A DNA stretch of 32,000 nucleotides, from contig JAWAHN010000003.1 in the NCBI GenBank assembly GCA_038889235.1, forward strand, positions 113,703 through 145,702, read 5' to 3'. Source of the stretch: Candidatus Jordarchaeales archaeon (lineage in GTDB: Archaea > Asgardarchaeota > Jordiarchaeia > Jordiarchaeales > Freyrarchaeaceae). Shown here in pieces: positions 1 through 8,058 of this stretch (position 1 is its first letter; each line of letters begins with the position of its first letter). Under the pieces are notes generated by a model. That model was not told the origin of the DNA. It did no database searches and saw only the letters and a program-made list of their open reading frames with translations. The position numbers and the translations under genes were made by a program.

Positions 1-1893
1 TTGGGAAGCGGGTGCGAGGATCCAAGGGTGGTGCTGATCGGCGACAGAATATACATGACGTACACGGCCTATGACGGGTTGAACGCGCGTGTAGCTTTAA
101 CGTCGATAAGCGTGGATGATTTCTTGGCTGGAAGATGGGACAAGTGGGCTTACCCTGTCATAATATCGCCCTACGACGTGTTCGACAAGAACTCGTGCAT
201 ATTCCCCGAGAAATACAAGGGTAACTACATAATAATACACCGCATAGGTGAGTGCATAGACTACGAGCTGCGCGAAGACCTAGACTTCACAGGAAAACCT
301 CTCAAGCACTACCCGTGGATCCTCCCAAGAAAAGGGATGTGGGACAGCAAAAAAGTCGGGATAGGCCCACCGCCTATAAGGATCAAGGAAGGATGGCTCC
401 TGTTCTACCATGGTGTCTCCGAGGAGGGAGTTTACCGCGTGGGAGTGCTTCTCTTGGACCCCGAGAACCCCCTCAAGGTCCTAGCTAGGTCAGAAGAGCC
501 TTTAATGGAGCCTGAAGAATGGTATGAGAGGTGGGGTCAGGTTCCAAACGTGGTCTTCCCGTGCGGTGCAGTGTTGATCGACGACACGATATACATTTAC
601 TATGGGGGTGCGGACACCGTTGTCGGTGTGGCGACTATAAGCGTGAGAGACGTGCTGCGCCACCTTGGAATAGAGCCTGCCCCTGAGTGGACGACGCTGG
701 AAGGCTTTATCCCTGGCGCCCCGCTAACCCTGCCAGCGGTCATAACGACCATCGACGGCAGAACGTTCAGGACGGAGGAAGTATACAGGGCGGTTTACGA
801 GAGGAGGAGGAAGGAGTTCGAAAAATTCCTGTTCGAGAGGCTCAAGGTTCCAAGGGACGCGCCCCCATCAACGATAATTAGCGCTGTGAGATCGGTCATG
901 GAGAAGCTTGAAGCAGAGCTTGGAAAAGTGTTCAAAGGCGACCTTTACACTCGCGAGGGAGTTGAAGAGTTCGTGAAAGTAGTCCTCTCACACTTCCCCC
1001 ACGGTAAAACCTTTGCTTTGAAGACGGAGACCGTTCAGCGGATACTCCAAGAAAACCCGCCCATAAACCTCCCGAGCAAGTTTGCGTGCACATCAATAGA
1101 GGAAGTGCCGTGCGAGCCACGCGACGCCCTAGCTCTCGCAAGCTTCTCTGAGGGAAGAGAGTACGACAACAGGATTTGGAGATGGCTGGAGAGCAACGTG
1201 AAGCCGGAGCACTTTGAAGAAACGGAGATAAAGTGCATCGTGGTGGAGCACGAGTTCCTGCCGACAGTTCTCGAGCTAAGAGAGGGGACGGCGATCTCCA
1301 GGCTTACCGGTAGAATTGTAGTTAGCACCCTTAGGCCAGGTGTTGGAGGAGAGTTTCCGAGGCTGCGTGCCTTCATAAGGATTGTGAAGCACATAGTGGA
1401 ACTTGAGCGGTTCGGCGAAATGTGGAAGAGCTTCGCTGAAAAGAGAAAGTTTGGGGTGAGCGTAGCCAACTCCCTGAGAGAGCACTGGGGGATAGAGCCT
1501 TTATCGGCACACTCAGTGTTCGAAAACAAAAACCACCGAGTAATGGTTGAACGCTTGAAGTCTATGGCTGGAAAGCTCCGGGAGAGCGGGTACACCAGCC
1601 TGGCTGAAGCTCTGGAAGACATGCTTGCATGCTACGCCTTAGCGTCAACGCTTCCGGACGGAACCTTCCTACCGTGCTCAGCGTGGACGTGGACCCTCCA
1701 CAGCTACAGGGGAGGAAAAGGAGTGCCACCCGCGTTCATAGCCTACGTTGAAAGAGACTGGGCGACGCGCGACCTCCTAAACGAGCTCTTCAGGCGCGCG
1801 GGAATAAGCGAGGAAGAGATCGACAGAATGGTAATCGAACTCATAAGGCGAGGAAAAGAGCCGGAGAACATAATCAAGCAGCTCTTTGAATAA
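1..1893 (+). CDS. GH130-family glycoside phosphorylase/hydrolase fused to a ~400-aa C-terminal domain of unknown function; 5'-partial (runs off the window)
   Basis: Beta-propeller GH130 motifs GCEDPRV, DKNSCIFPE, KKVGIGPPPI, WLLFYHGV, YRVGVLLLD, WGQVPNVVFPCGA and IYYGGADT lie in the first ~220 aa. The ORF opens directly at EDPR, which is internal in GH130 proteins, so the true start is upstream of the window. Confidence 0.8.
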   Translation: MGSGCEDPRVVLIGDRIYMTYTAYDGLNARVALTSISVDDFLAGRWDKWAYPVIISPYDVFDKNSCIFPEKYKGNYIIIHRIGECIDYELREDLDFTGKPLKHYPWILPRKGMWDSKKVGIGPPPIRIKEGWLLFYHGVSEEGVYRVGVLLLDPENPLKVLARSEEPLMEPEEWYERWGQVPNVVFPCGAVLIDDTIYIYYGGADTVVGVATISVRDVLRHLGIEPAPEWTTLEGFIPGAPLTLPAVITTIDGRTFRTEEVYRAVYERRRKEFEKFLFERLKVPRDAPPSTIISAVRSVMEKLEAELGKVFKGDLYTREGVEEFVKVVLSHFPHGKTFALKTETVQRILQENPPINLPSKFACTSIEEVPCEPRDALALASFSEGREYDNRIWRWLESNVKPEHFEETEIKCIVVEHEFLPTVLELREGTAISRLTGRIVVSTLRPGVGGEFPRLRAFIRIVKHIVELERFGEMWKSFAEKRKFGVSVANSLREHWGIEPLSAHSVFENKNHRVMVERLKSMAGKLRESGYTSLAEALEDMLACYALASTLPDGTFLPCSAWTWTLHSYRGGKGVPPAFIAYVERDWATRDLLNELFRRAGISEEEIDRMVIELIRRGKEPENIIKQLFE

Positions 1894-2007
1894 CCGCATG
1901 AGACACGTGAAAAAGCAGCCAGCCGGCGGACAAGCCTCTTTTCCCAAACCACCAAAAATTTTTATTAAAAACTTTCAAGGATAGGTTTTTCGAAGTCCCG
2001 TTTTTAG

Positions 2008-2358
2008 CTACCTTTGCGTCGGCTGCTCCTTCCTTGATGCTTGGAATACTTGTGCAGCTACCTCTTTGTCAATATCCCTGTAGTCTATTATCCCCGGGTG
2101 TTGCTCGCAGCCGGAGGAATGCACTATTAGGTAGTAGCTTTCCCCGTTTTTAACTATGTAGTAGCGTATGACGCAGCAGTTCCGCTTCTCGTACTGCACT
2201 ATCTGCATGTACCAGTCACAGTTTATCGTGAAGTAGCTGTACTGCTTCATCCCCTCAAAGGTCTGCCTGTTAATAACGGCTTCTAGTTTGGCAAAACTCG
2301 GGAGGCGGTAATAAACCGGCCCTTCAATCCAGATTTCAAGCTTCACCATATTCACCAT
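2008..2358 (-). CDS. Hypothetical protein (116 aa, Tyr/Cys-rich)
   Basis: Fills the gap between flanking genes without overlap and has an ATG start with protein-like composition. No motif recognised. Confidence 0.55.
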   Translation of the reverse strand: MVNMVKLEIWIEGPVYYRLPSFAKLEAVINRQTFEGMKQYSYFTINCDWYMQIVQYEKRNCCVIRYYIVKNGESYYLIVHSSGCEQHPGIIDYRDIDKEVAAQVFQASRKEQPTQR

Positions 2359-2611
2359 CCAGAGAACATAGAGAAAAACCTTTTTTGTAAACTTTTCGGT
2401 CAGAGTAAACGGAACCCTGAGAGACCGCTAAAAGTGAGAAGACAGGCCTCCACCAGAGTAGTTAAGGCATCAATCTAAGCACATTTGAGGCGGACGCCAA
2501 CTAAGACTCGGGCCCAAGGTTCGTGAGGCAAGCTTTTAGAGGAAGTCTAATAGGAGCCGCGGCGCTAAGTGCTCTTCGCCGCCTGCCGGTTAAACGCGCC
2601 AACACCCTTGC

Positions 2612-3949
2612 TTAGACGCTTATCCTCGCGGCGTAGTTTTGGAGGAACCAGTACTCATAGTACTTCTCCGGCGGCCTCCCTACGGCGTCAACCTTGGCAG
2701 CCCTCTCACACCACTCCTTGTACTTCTCGACCGCCTCCTTGAAACACCGCTCGGTGACCTCTCTGAGCGTTTTCCTCCTCTCGCCCGCCGAGGACCTAAG
2801 ACACTTGTCCCTAGCTTTGTAGGCGTCCTCTAGGAACTTTCTCTGAGTGCTTTCAAGCTCAGAACGCATAATTCCAGCCAGGTTACTGTATCCTTTCAAG
2901 TGGACTGTGCGTACAAATTTTTCGTGAACCCACCACGGTGAATCCGCACTGAAAACACCTTCACCCCTGCCAGCCTCCTCTGGTACGCCAACCCCTCCCA
3001 TGAAAACCGGAATGTAGAGGCTGAGGCACGGCGTTGATGGTGCAAACCAGTGGACTTGCTCTTCAACTGTCAGGTGTCCGACGTAACTCCCAGCAGTGTT
3101 GCTCACAACGCTTGGCCCGGCGTGCATACAGATCGTTGCCTTCGTCTGGCTCCACGGATCCCACTCTCCACCTCCGTGGTCTCTTAAAAAGTCCATCATA
3201 AGCTCTACGCTTATGTTCCCCTTGTTATCCTTGAGAAGCGTCATAGACCTAGAGAATCTTTCCGCGCACATCGCTATCTGTTCCATTTGCGGGTCACCGT
3301 AGCAGCGGGCGAAGTCAAAGTCTTTCCTAGACTCACACCACCCCATCTCCACCGCGTGCTCAACCAGCCCGGGGGACGCCATGTCCCACCTGTCCCTTAT
3401 AGTGTAACCGTTCGAGATGGCGCGTACATCCCTAACTCTCTCAGCTACCCAGAACTTGTCGGCCGTCTCCAGCACCCAAGCTTCCCTAGTGTCAGCTATT
3501 ATGAACGAGTTGTGGTAGAGCAGTTCGAAGTCCTTGTTAGCAGACCCACCTTGGCCGTACTTCTCCAGCATCTCTACTATGACCTGCAAGGCTTTGCGGG
3601 CGCTGTTGGCCCTCTCGAGTGCAAGCCTCAGCAAGTCCATTCCCAGTAGCCCGGTCTTCCTGTAAGGCTCCTTAGACCAGACAGCCTCGTTCCCTATCGC
3701 TACCCCGTACTCGTTGACCCCCATCTCGGCCCCCCAAATCCAATAGGGGGAGGACAAGACCACCTCGTACGTCTCGGGAACCTGCGGAACCTCGATGTAA
3801 GTGCACTTCACCACGGCGCCTTCAGGGTGCTCCATGCGCGGGAAGTACCTCAAAACCTGCGCTTCATTCGGGGGGCGGTCACTGTTCTTGCCAAATATGA
3901 CCGAGCCGTCCTCGGTCGAGTTCCCTAAAGCCACAAGGGTATCACACAT
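2612..3949 (-). CDS. Peptidase C69 family (secernin/dipeptidase-like) Ntn-hydrolase
   Basis: N-terminal MCDTLVA with nucleophile Cys2, plus FGKNSDRPPNEAQ, WGAEMGVNEYGVAIGNEAV, LLGMDLLRLALER, YHNSFIIAD and WVLETA motifs. Confidence 0.9.
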   Translation of the reverse strand: MCDTLVALGNSTEDGSVIFGKNSDRPPNEAQVLRYFPRMEHPEGAVVKCTYIEVPQVPETYEVVLSSPYWIWGAEMGVNEYGVAIGNEAVWSKEPYRKTGLLGMDLLRLALERANSARKALQVIVEMLEKYGQGGSANKDFELLYHNSFIIADTREAWVLETADKFWVAERVRDVRAISNGYTIRDRWDMASPGLVEHAVEMGWCESRKDFDFARCYGDPQMEQIAMCAERFSRSMTLLKDNKGNISVELMMDFLRDHGGGEWDPWSQTKATICMHAGPSVVSNTAGSYVGHLTVEEQVHWFAPSTPCLSLYIPVFMGGVGVPEEAGRGEGVFSADSPWWVHEKFVRTVHLKGYSNLAGIMRSELESTQRKFLEDAYKARDKCLRSSAGERRKTLREVTERCFKEAVEKYKEWCERAAKVDAVGRPPEKYYEYWFLQNYAARISV

Positions 3950-4047
3950 TTACGGCACCCAGAAACTGTGTAAGCCCCATAAAAGCATTTATCACTTTCG
4001 CAGAAAACACTGGAACCCTCGAAGCATAGAGGGTTTTCCTCATTTAC

Positions 4048-4257
4048 CTATTTTTCGTTCACTACGAAGTATACTGTTAACCCTATTATCCCAGCTAGGA
4101 GTACTACTAGGAACCAGAAGGCTGCACTTGCCCCCCTCCCCCTAGCATCCCTATACACCCGAACGGCGATCACAGCGTTAAAAACAATTACGGCCACAAC
4201 GGCGGCAGCCCAAATAGCGGTGAACACCAGGGTCCCCGGCAGCTGGAGCTGAAGCAT
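4048..4257 (-). CDS. Small two-helix membrane protein (PLDc_N-like)
   Basis: Two hydrophobic segments separated by VYRDARGRG, then the W-x-x-V-V-L-L-x-G-I-I-G-L-x-V-Y pattern typical of PLDc N-terminal-like small proteins. Confidence 0.65.
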   Translation of the reverse strand: MLQLQLPGTLVFTAIWAAAVVAVIVFNAVIAVRVYRDARGRGASAAFWFLVVLLAGIIGLTVYFVVNEK

Positions 4258-4398
4258 CCTGCCAACCCCCCTAAGTGACGAGAACTCTCGTTAGATTAAA
4301 CTTTTCCGCCACAACTCGCTTAATTGCGTTCACATTGAAGGAGCCAGCTTCGCTCGTTAGTTGTATGAAGCTGAGAGGCGCGCTCCCGGGGGAGAGGG

Positions 4399-4902
4399 CT
4401 AGTATATTGAGACTTTCGCGACCCCCTTCACCTTCAAGAATTCTGGTACAAGCTCTCCTGGGATCTTTCCGTCGGTTATCACGGTCAGCTTGGGCTCGGG
4501 GCTGAGCTCAGGGTCGTCGGTCAGCACCTGCCTTATGCTTATGCCGTTCCTAGCTATGATGGACGTTATCCCAGCGACTATTCCGACGGTCTTCGGGTCA
4601 TCTGGAGTCACTTCTACTACTCCGAAGTTGAAGAAGCGTGCAACCTCCTTGAGGGAGGCGCCAGCGTTCCTTATCATGGAGAATATGTTCCTCAGTTCCT
4701 CGTCCATGCTTATCATTTTCAGTGTTTCAACAACGGTCCTCCTGTCAACGCCCGCGGCTCTCGCCACTCTCACCGGCGGCACCTCAATCTCGTTGCAGTA
4801 TATTTTGCCATTCCTCACGCTCAGCCCATTCTCCACGAGAACCCTAGCTACGCTGAGCCTTTTAGGGTGGTCACTAAAGTAGCTAGCTATCTTACTCCAC
4901 AC
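4399..4902 (-). CDS. trpY: TrpY-like (COG2150) HTH + ACT-domain amino-acid-sensing regulator
   Basis: N-terminal W-x-KI-x-x-YF-x-x-x-P-x-R and the HTH ARAAGVDRRTVVET, then an ACT domain (DPKTVGIVAGITSIIARNGISIRQV). Divergent from trpB2. GTG at 4902 is preferred (GGTGG SD 5 nt upstream); the ORF track extends to 4920. Confidence 0.75.
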   Translation of the reverse strand: MWSKIASYFSDHPKRLSVARVLVENGLSVRNGKIYCNEIEVPPVRVARAAGVDRRTVVETLKMISMDEELRNIFSMIRNAGASLKEVARFFNFGVVEVTPDDPKTVGIVAGITSIIARNGISIRQVLTDDPELSPEPKLTVITDGKIPGELVPEFLKVKGVAKVSIY

Positions 4903-4913
4903 GTCGACCACCA

Positions 4914-4929
4914 TGCACATTTATGTACA
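4914..4929. promoter_or_regulatory. Tandem TRP-box-like operator TGCACA-N4-TGTACA
   Basis: TGCACA at 4914-4919 and TGTACA at 4924-4929 lie between trpY-like and trpB2. TGTACA is the TRP box bound by TrpY in Methanothermobacter. Confidence 0.65.
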
Positions 4930-4933
4930 CACA

Positions 4934-4966
4934 AGATTTAAATCTAACCTAAAAAACTAATTTAAG
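4934..4966. promoter_or_regulatory. Divergent TATA boxes for trpY-like (-) and trpB2 (+)
   Basis: Palindrome AGATTTAAATCT at 4934-4945 (TTTAAA core) and A-rich BRE + TTTAAG at about 4951-4966, ~30 nt upstream of the trpB2 ATG. Confidence 0.5.
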
Positions 4967-4995
4967 ACATCAACCCCCCTGAAAGGGTGTGAAAA

Positions 4996-6375
4996 ATGCC
5001 TTCGCGAAAAATCGTGCTAGACGAGGATGAGCTGCCCAAGCAGTGGTACAACATAGTTCCAGACCTACCAAAGCCCCTGCCGCCGCCACTAGGCCCAGAC
5101 GGCAACCCCGTGAAACCCGCCATGCTTGAAAGAATATTCGCCAAGGAGCTCGTGAGACAGGAGGTCAGCCAAGAAAGGTGGATAAAGATTCCAGAGGAGG
5201 TAAGAGAAATATACATGATCTGGAGGCCCACCCCGATGTACAGGGCGGTTAGGCTTGAGAGGGCCCTCAAGACGCCGGCGAAAATATACTTCAAGTATGA
5301 AGGGGTGAGCCCTCCGGGAAGCCATAAGCCCAACACTGCTGTCGCTCAAGCTTACTACAACATGAAGGAGGGTGTTGAGAGGCTGACCACCGAGACGGGG
5401 GCAGGGCAGTGGGGTTCGGCGCTGGCGTTCAGCTGCTGTCTTTTCGGCATGAAGGCAACCGTTTACATGGTTAAGGCGAGCTACATGCAGAAGCCGTACA
5501 GGAGGATTCTCATGGAGACGTGGGGGGCTGAAGTGCTCGCCAGTCCAAGTGACAGGACGGAGTTTGGTAGAAACGTTCTTAAGAGTGACCCGAACAACCC
5601 TGGAAGTCTCGGAATAGCGATAAGCGAAGCGATAGAGGATGCGTTGACCAGTGACAACACGAAGTACACGCTTGGAAGCGTCCTCAACCACGTCCTCATG
5701 CACCAAACGGTCATAGGGCTTGAGGCCAGGAAGCAGTTCGAGCTTGTTGACGACTACCCGGACGTGGTTATAGGGTGCATAGGCGGAGGGAGCAGCTTTT
5801 CTGGCACCTTCTGGCCATTCTACTATGATAAGGTGTCAGGGAAAGCACCTAAAGACGTCGAGTTCATAGCAGTTGAGCCAAAGGCTTGTCCATCAGTCAC
5901 TAAGGGCGAGTACATATACGACCACGGGGACTCTGCGAGGCTAACCCCTCTCTTAAAAATGCACACGCTGGGGCACACTTACATCCCACCGCCAATACAC
6001 GCCGGCGGGCTCAGATACCACGGTATGGCGCCGACGCTCAGCTTGCTTAACGTTGAAGGACACGTTAAGGCGGTAGCGTACGACCAGGTTGAAGTATTTG
6101 AAGCTGCAACGCTCTTCGCGCGGACAGAGGGGCTCCTGCCCGCTCCAGAGCCGGCGCACGCTATAAAAGCAGTTATAGACGAGGCGGTTAAGTGCAGGGA
6201 GACAGGTGAGGAGAAAACGATATTCTTCCCACTGTGCGGCCACGGGTTCTTCGACCTCCAGGCTTACGACGCGTATAACCACGGCCAGTTGCAGTCCTAC
6301 GAGTACCCAGAGGAGGAAGTCAAGAAGGCTATAAAGAATTTGAAGGAAATGTATCCATGGGTGGCGTCAAAGTAA
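4996..6375 (+). CDS. trpB2: Tryptophan synthase beta chain, stand-alone TrpB2 type
   Basis: PLP-lysine motif [11 protein letters not shown], plus [44 protein letters not shown] and LCGHG; 459 aa. No trpA adjacent. Confidence 0.95.
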   Translation: MPSRKIVLDEDELPKQWYNIVPDLPKPLPPPLGPDGNPVKPAMLERIFAKELVRQEVSQERWIKIPEEVREIYMIWRPTPMYRAVRLERALKTPAKIYFKYEGVSPPGSHKPNTAVAQAYYNMKEGVERLTTETGAGQWGSALAFSCCLFGMKATVYMVKASYMQKPYRRILMETWGAEVLASPSDRTEFGRNVLKSDPNNPGSLGIAISEAIEDALTSDNTKYTLGSVLNHVLMHQTVIGLEARKQFELVDDYPDVVIGCIGGGSSFSGTFWPFYYDKVSGKAPKDVEFIAVEPKACPSVTKGEYIYDHGDSARLTPLLKMHTLGHTYIPPPIHAGGLRYHGMAPTLSLLNVEGHVKAVAYDQVEVFEAATLFARTEGLLPAPEPAHAIKAVIDEAVKCRETGEEKTIFFPLCGHGFFDLQAYDAYNHGQLQSYEYPEEEVKKAIKNLKEMYPWVASK

Positions 6376-6389
6376 ACGTGCGAAAACCG

Positions 6390-6420
6390 TTTTTCCTCAA
6401 ACCACCCGCCCTAATTTTTT
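6390..6420 (+). terminator. Possible oligo-T terminator between convergent trpB2 and mtrH-like genes
   Basis: T5 at 6390-6394 and T6 at 6415-6420 just after the trpB2 stop. Confidence 0.3.
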
Positions 6421-6462
6421 AAAGGCTAGCCTTATTGCTGTTGGGCGCTTGAACCACGCTTG

Positions 6463-7374
6463 CTAAAGGATTTTGTATAGCGGGGTTTCCTTGTTTTCCA
6501 ACTCGTAGCCTTCCACTACGAGGCTGTATGTTAGAACAGCGTCGACTGTTGCGCATGCTGGGAAGACCACCTCAGCTAGGCTCACAGGCCCGTACAGTAT
6601 GAAGTCTGCTCCAAAGCACCGGGCGAAAACGCACAGGGACACTAGAAGTGTCCTCTTGGCATGAGGGGCTATGTTATCTATTTTTCTTGATCCGCCCAGC
6701 GCGTTTGCAGGTGAGCAGCCGCTCGGGAGACCCGTCGACTCCTTAACCGCCGTTATCGACTCGGCCGCGTACGCCATGCTCACCACGTCTAGGAGCGATA
6801 CGTCCACGAGCACGTTTTTAACGCCTGCTTTCTCCGCTTTCGAAAGAAGTGAGTCGCCGTCGCGGAGCAGCTTCAGCTTTTCTTCGGGTGAAAACTCTGA
6901 CTCGCTGAACGTTAGGAGGACGGCGTTCTCAACTCCCAGTTCTCTTAAGGCCTCAATTTCCTTTGGGCTAGAATCTGGAGTTATCGAGTTATACACGACG
7001 CGCTCCTTTAGACCTACCTCGACAGCGTGACTGCACGCTTCGAGCCGGGCCTCAGTTGAAGGGGAGTCGACGAGTATTGGGGCATCAATCACAGTTGACA
7101 CGAAGTCTATGTAGTTGATGAGGGCGTTGCCGGTTCGCCCCACAACGTCAACCATGCACGGGTTACCCGTGGCGTCGGAGAGCTCCTCCTGTTTTAACAG
7201 GAGTGACTCAGCTCTTCCTCGGTCGAAGGCTCCCTTAACTGGGTCTACCACAAGCTTGTCCCCTTCGTAGAATATAGTACCAACAAGCACTGTAGGGTTC
7301 TCTCCAAGCTGTCCTCCGACGCGGACGCCAGCTATCCTGAAAACCTTTTGTTTTGACTTGAAGCGGAGAAGCAT
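6463..7374 (-). CDS. mtrH: MtrH/MtgA-like methylcorrinoid:tetrahydropterin methyltransferase (paralogue 1)
   Basis: F-x-x-x-QKVF-x-IAG-x-x-VGGQ-x-GENPTVL-x-GTIFY, YNSI and GADFILYGP motifs. No other mtr subunits are adjacent. Confidence 0.85.
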   Translation of the reverse strand: MLLRFKSKQKVFRIAGVRVGGQLGENPTVLVGTIFYEGDKLVVDPVKGAFDRGRAESLLLKQEELSDATGNPCMVDVVGRTGNALINYIDFVSTVIDAPILVDSPSTEARLEACSHAVEVGLKERVVYNSITPDSSPKEIEALRELGVENAVLLTFSESEFSPEEKLKLLRDGDSLLSKAEKAGVKNVLVDVSLLDVVSMAYAAESITAVKESTGLPSGCSPANALGGSRKIDNIAPHAKRTLLVSLCVFARCFGADFILYGPVSLAEVVFPACATVDAVLTYSLVVEGYELENKETPLYKIL

Positions 7375-7385
7375 TATCTTGTCTC

Positions 7386-8018
7386 CTAGCTTACTCCCAG
7401 GAGCTTTTTGGCGAGCTCGACTGCGCCCTCCGCGTCGGGCGCCCAGCCGTCTGCCCCAACACTTTCAGCCCATTCCTTCGAGGTCACGGCCCCGCCGACG
7501 ATCACCTTGTACTTGTCTCTAACACCCATCTCCTTAAGTATCCTGATTAGTTCCTCGAACTTGGCTAGGGCCGGGGTGAACACTATTGATACAGCTATTA
7601 GGTCAGCTCCGACCTCTTCAGCCTTCTCGTAGAATGTCCATGGTTCAAGGTTTTCACCCAGATCGTAGACTTCGAAGCCGTTTATCGTTAGAAACATGCT
7701 CACAAGGGTCTTCCCGATGTTGTGCTTGCTGAGGAGTGTTCCTATGACGACTTTTTTCTTAGCTCCAGCCTTCTCCTTCGGCAACACTTTTTCAACGAGG
7801 TCTATGCACTTCTTAGCGATCTTGCTTCCCTTAATTAGGTCAGGGATGAAAGCCTGCCTCTTCTCAAACTTGGCGCCTAAGTCGTAGAGCCCCTTGACAA
7901 CCCCCTCCTCGATTATCTTCACGGGGTTAACCCCCTCCTCCAAAAGCTTCCTCGTTAACTCCTCCGCCTCCTCTCTAATCTCAGCTATCGCCCTTCTAAG
8001 ATCTGAGACTTCAACCAA
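7386..8018 (-). CDS. Methyltransferase cognate corrinoid protein (MtmC/MtbC-like) with variant cobalamin-binding motif
   Basis: Four-helix cap domain (GVNPVKIIEEG...FIPDL) followed by a B12 Rossmann domain (HNIGK, NGFEVYDLG, KVIVGGA, GADGWAPDA). TTG at 8018 is preferred (GGGGTGG SD); the ORF track extends to 8090, overlapping the upstream gene. Confidence 0.88.
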   Translation of the reverse strand: MVEVSDLRRAIAEIREEAEELTRKLLEEGVNPVKIIEEGVVKGLYDLGAKFEKRQAFIPDLIKGSKIAKKCIDLVEKVLPKEKAGAKKKVVIGTLLSKHNIGKTLVSMFLTINGFEVYDLGENLEPWTFYEKAEEVGADLIAVSIVFTPALAKFEELIRILKEMGVRDKYKVIVGGAVTSKEWAESVGADGWAPDAEGAVELAKKLLGVS

Positions 8019-8058
8019 GCAACCACCCCATAATGAAAAGTTTGGGCCACGCTTTTTT

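Noticed and set aside
2380-2611. Spacer with a GC hairpin (GCGGCG...CGCCGC, about 2558-2582) as a possible ncRNA or small gene
   Set aside because: No tRNA, SRP, RNase P or C/D-box signature recognised and only short unconvincing ORFs. A 6-bp stem is weak evidence.
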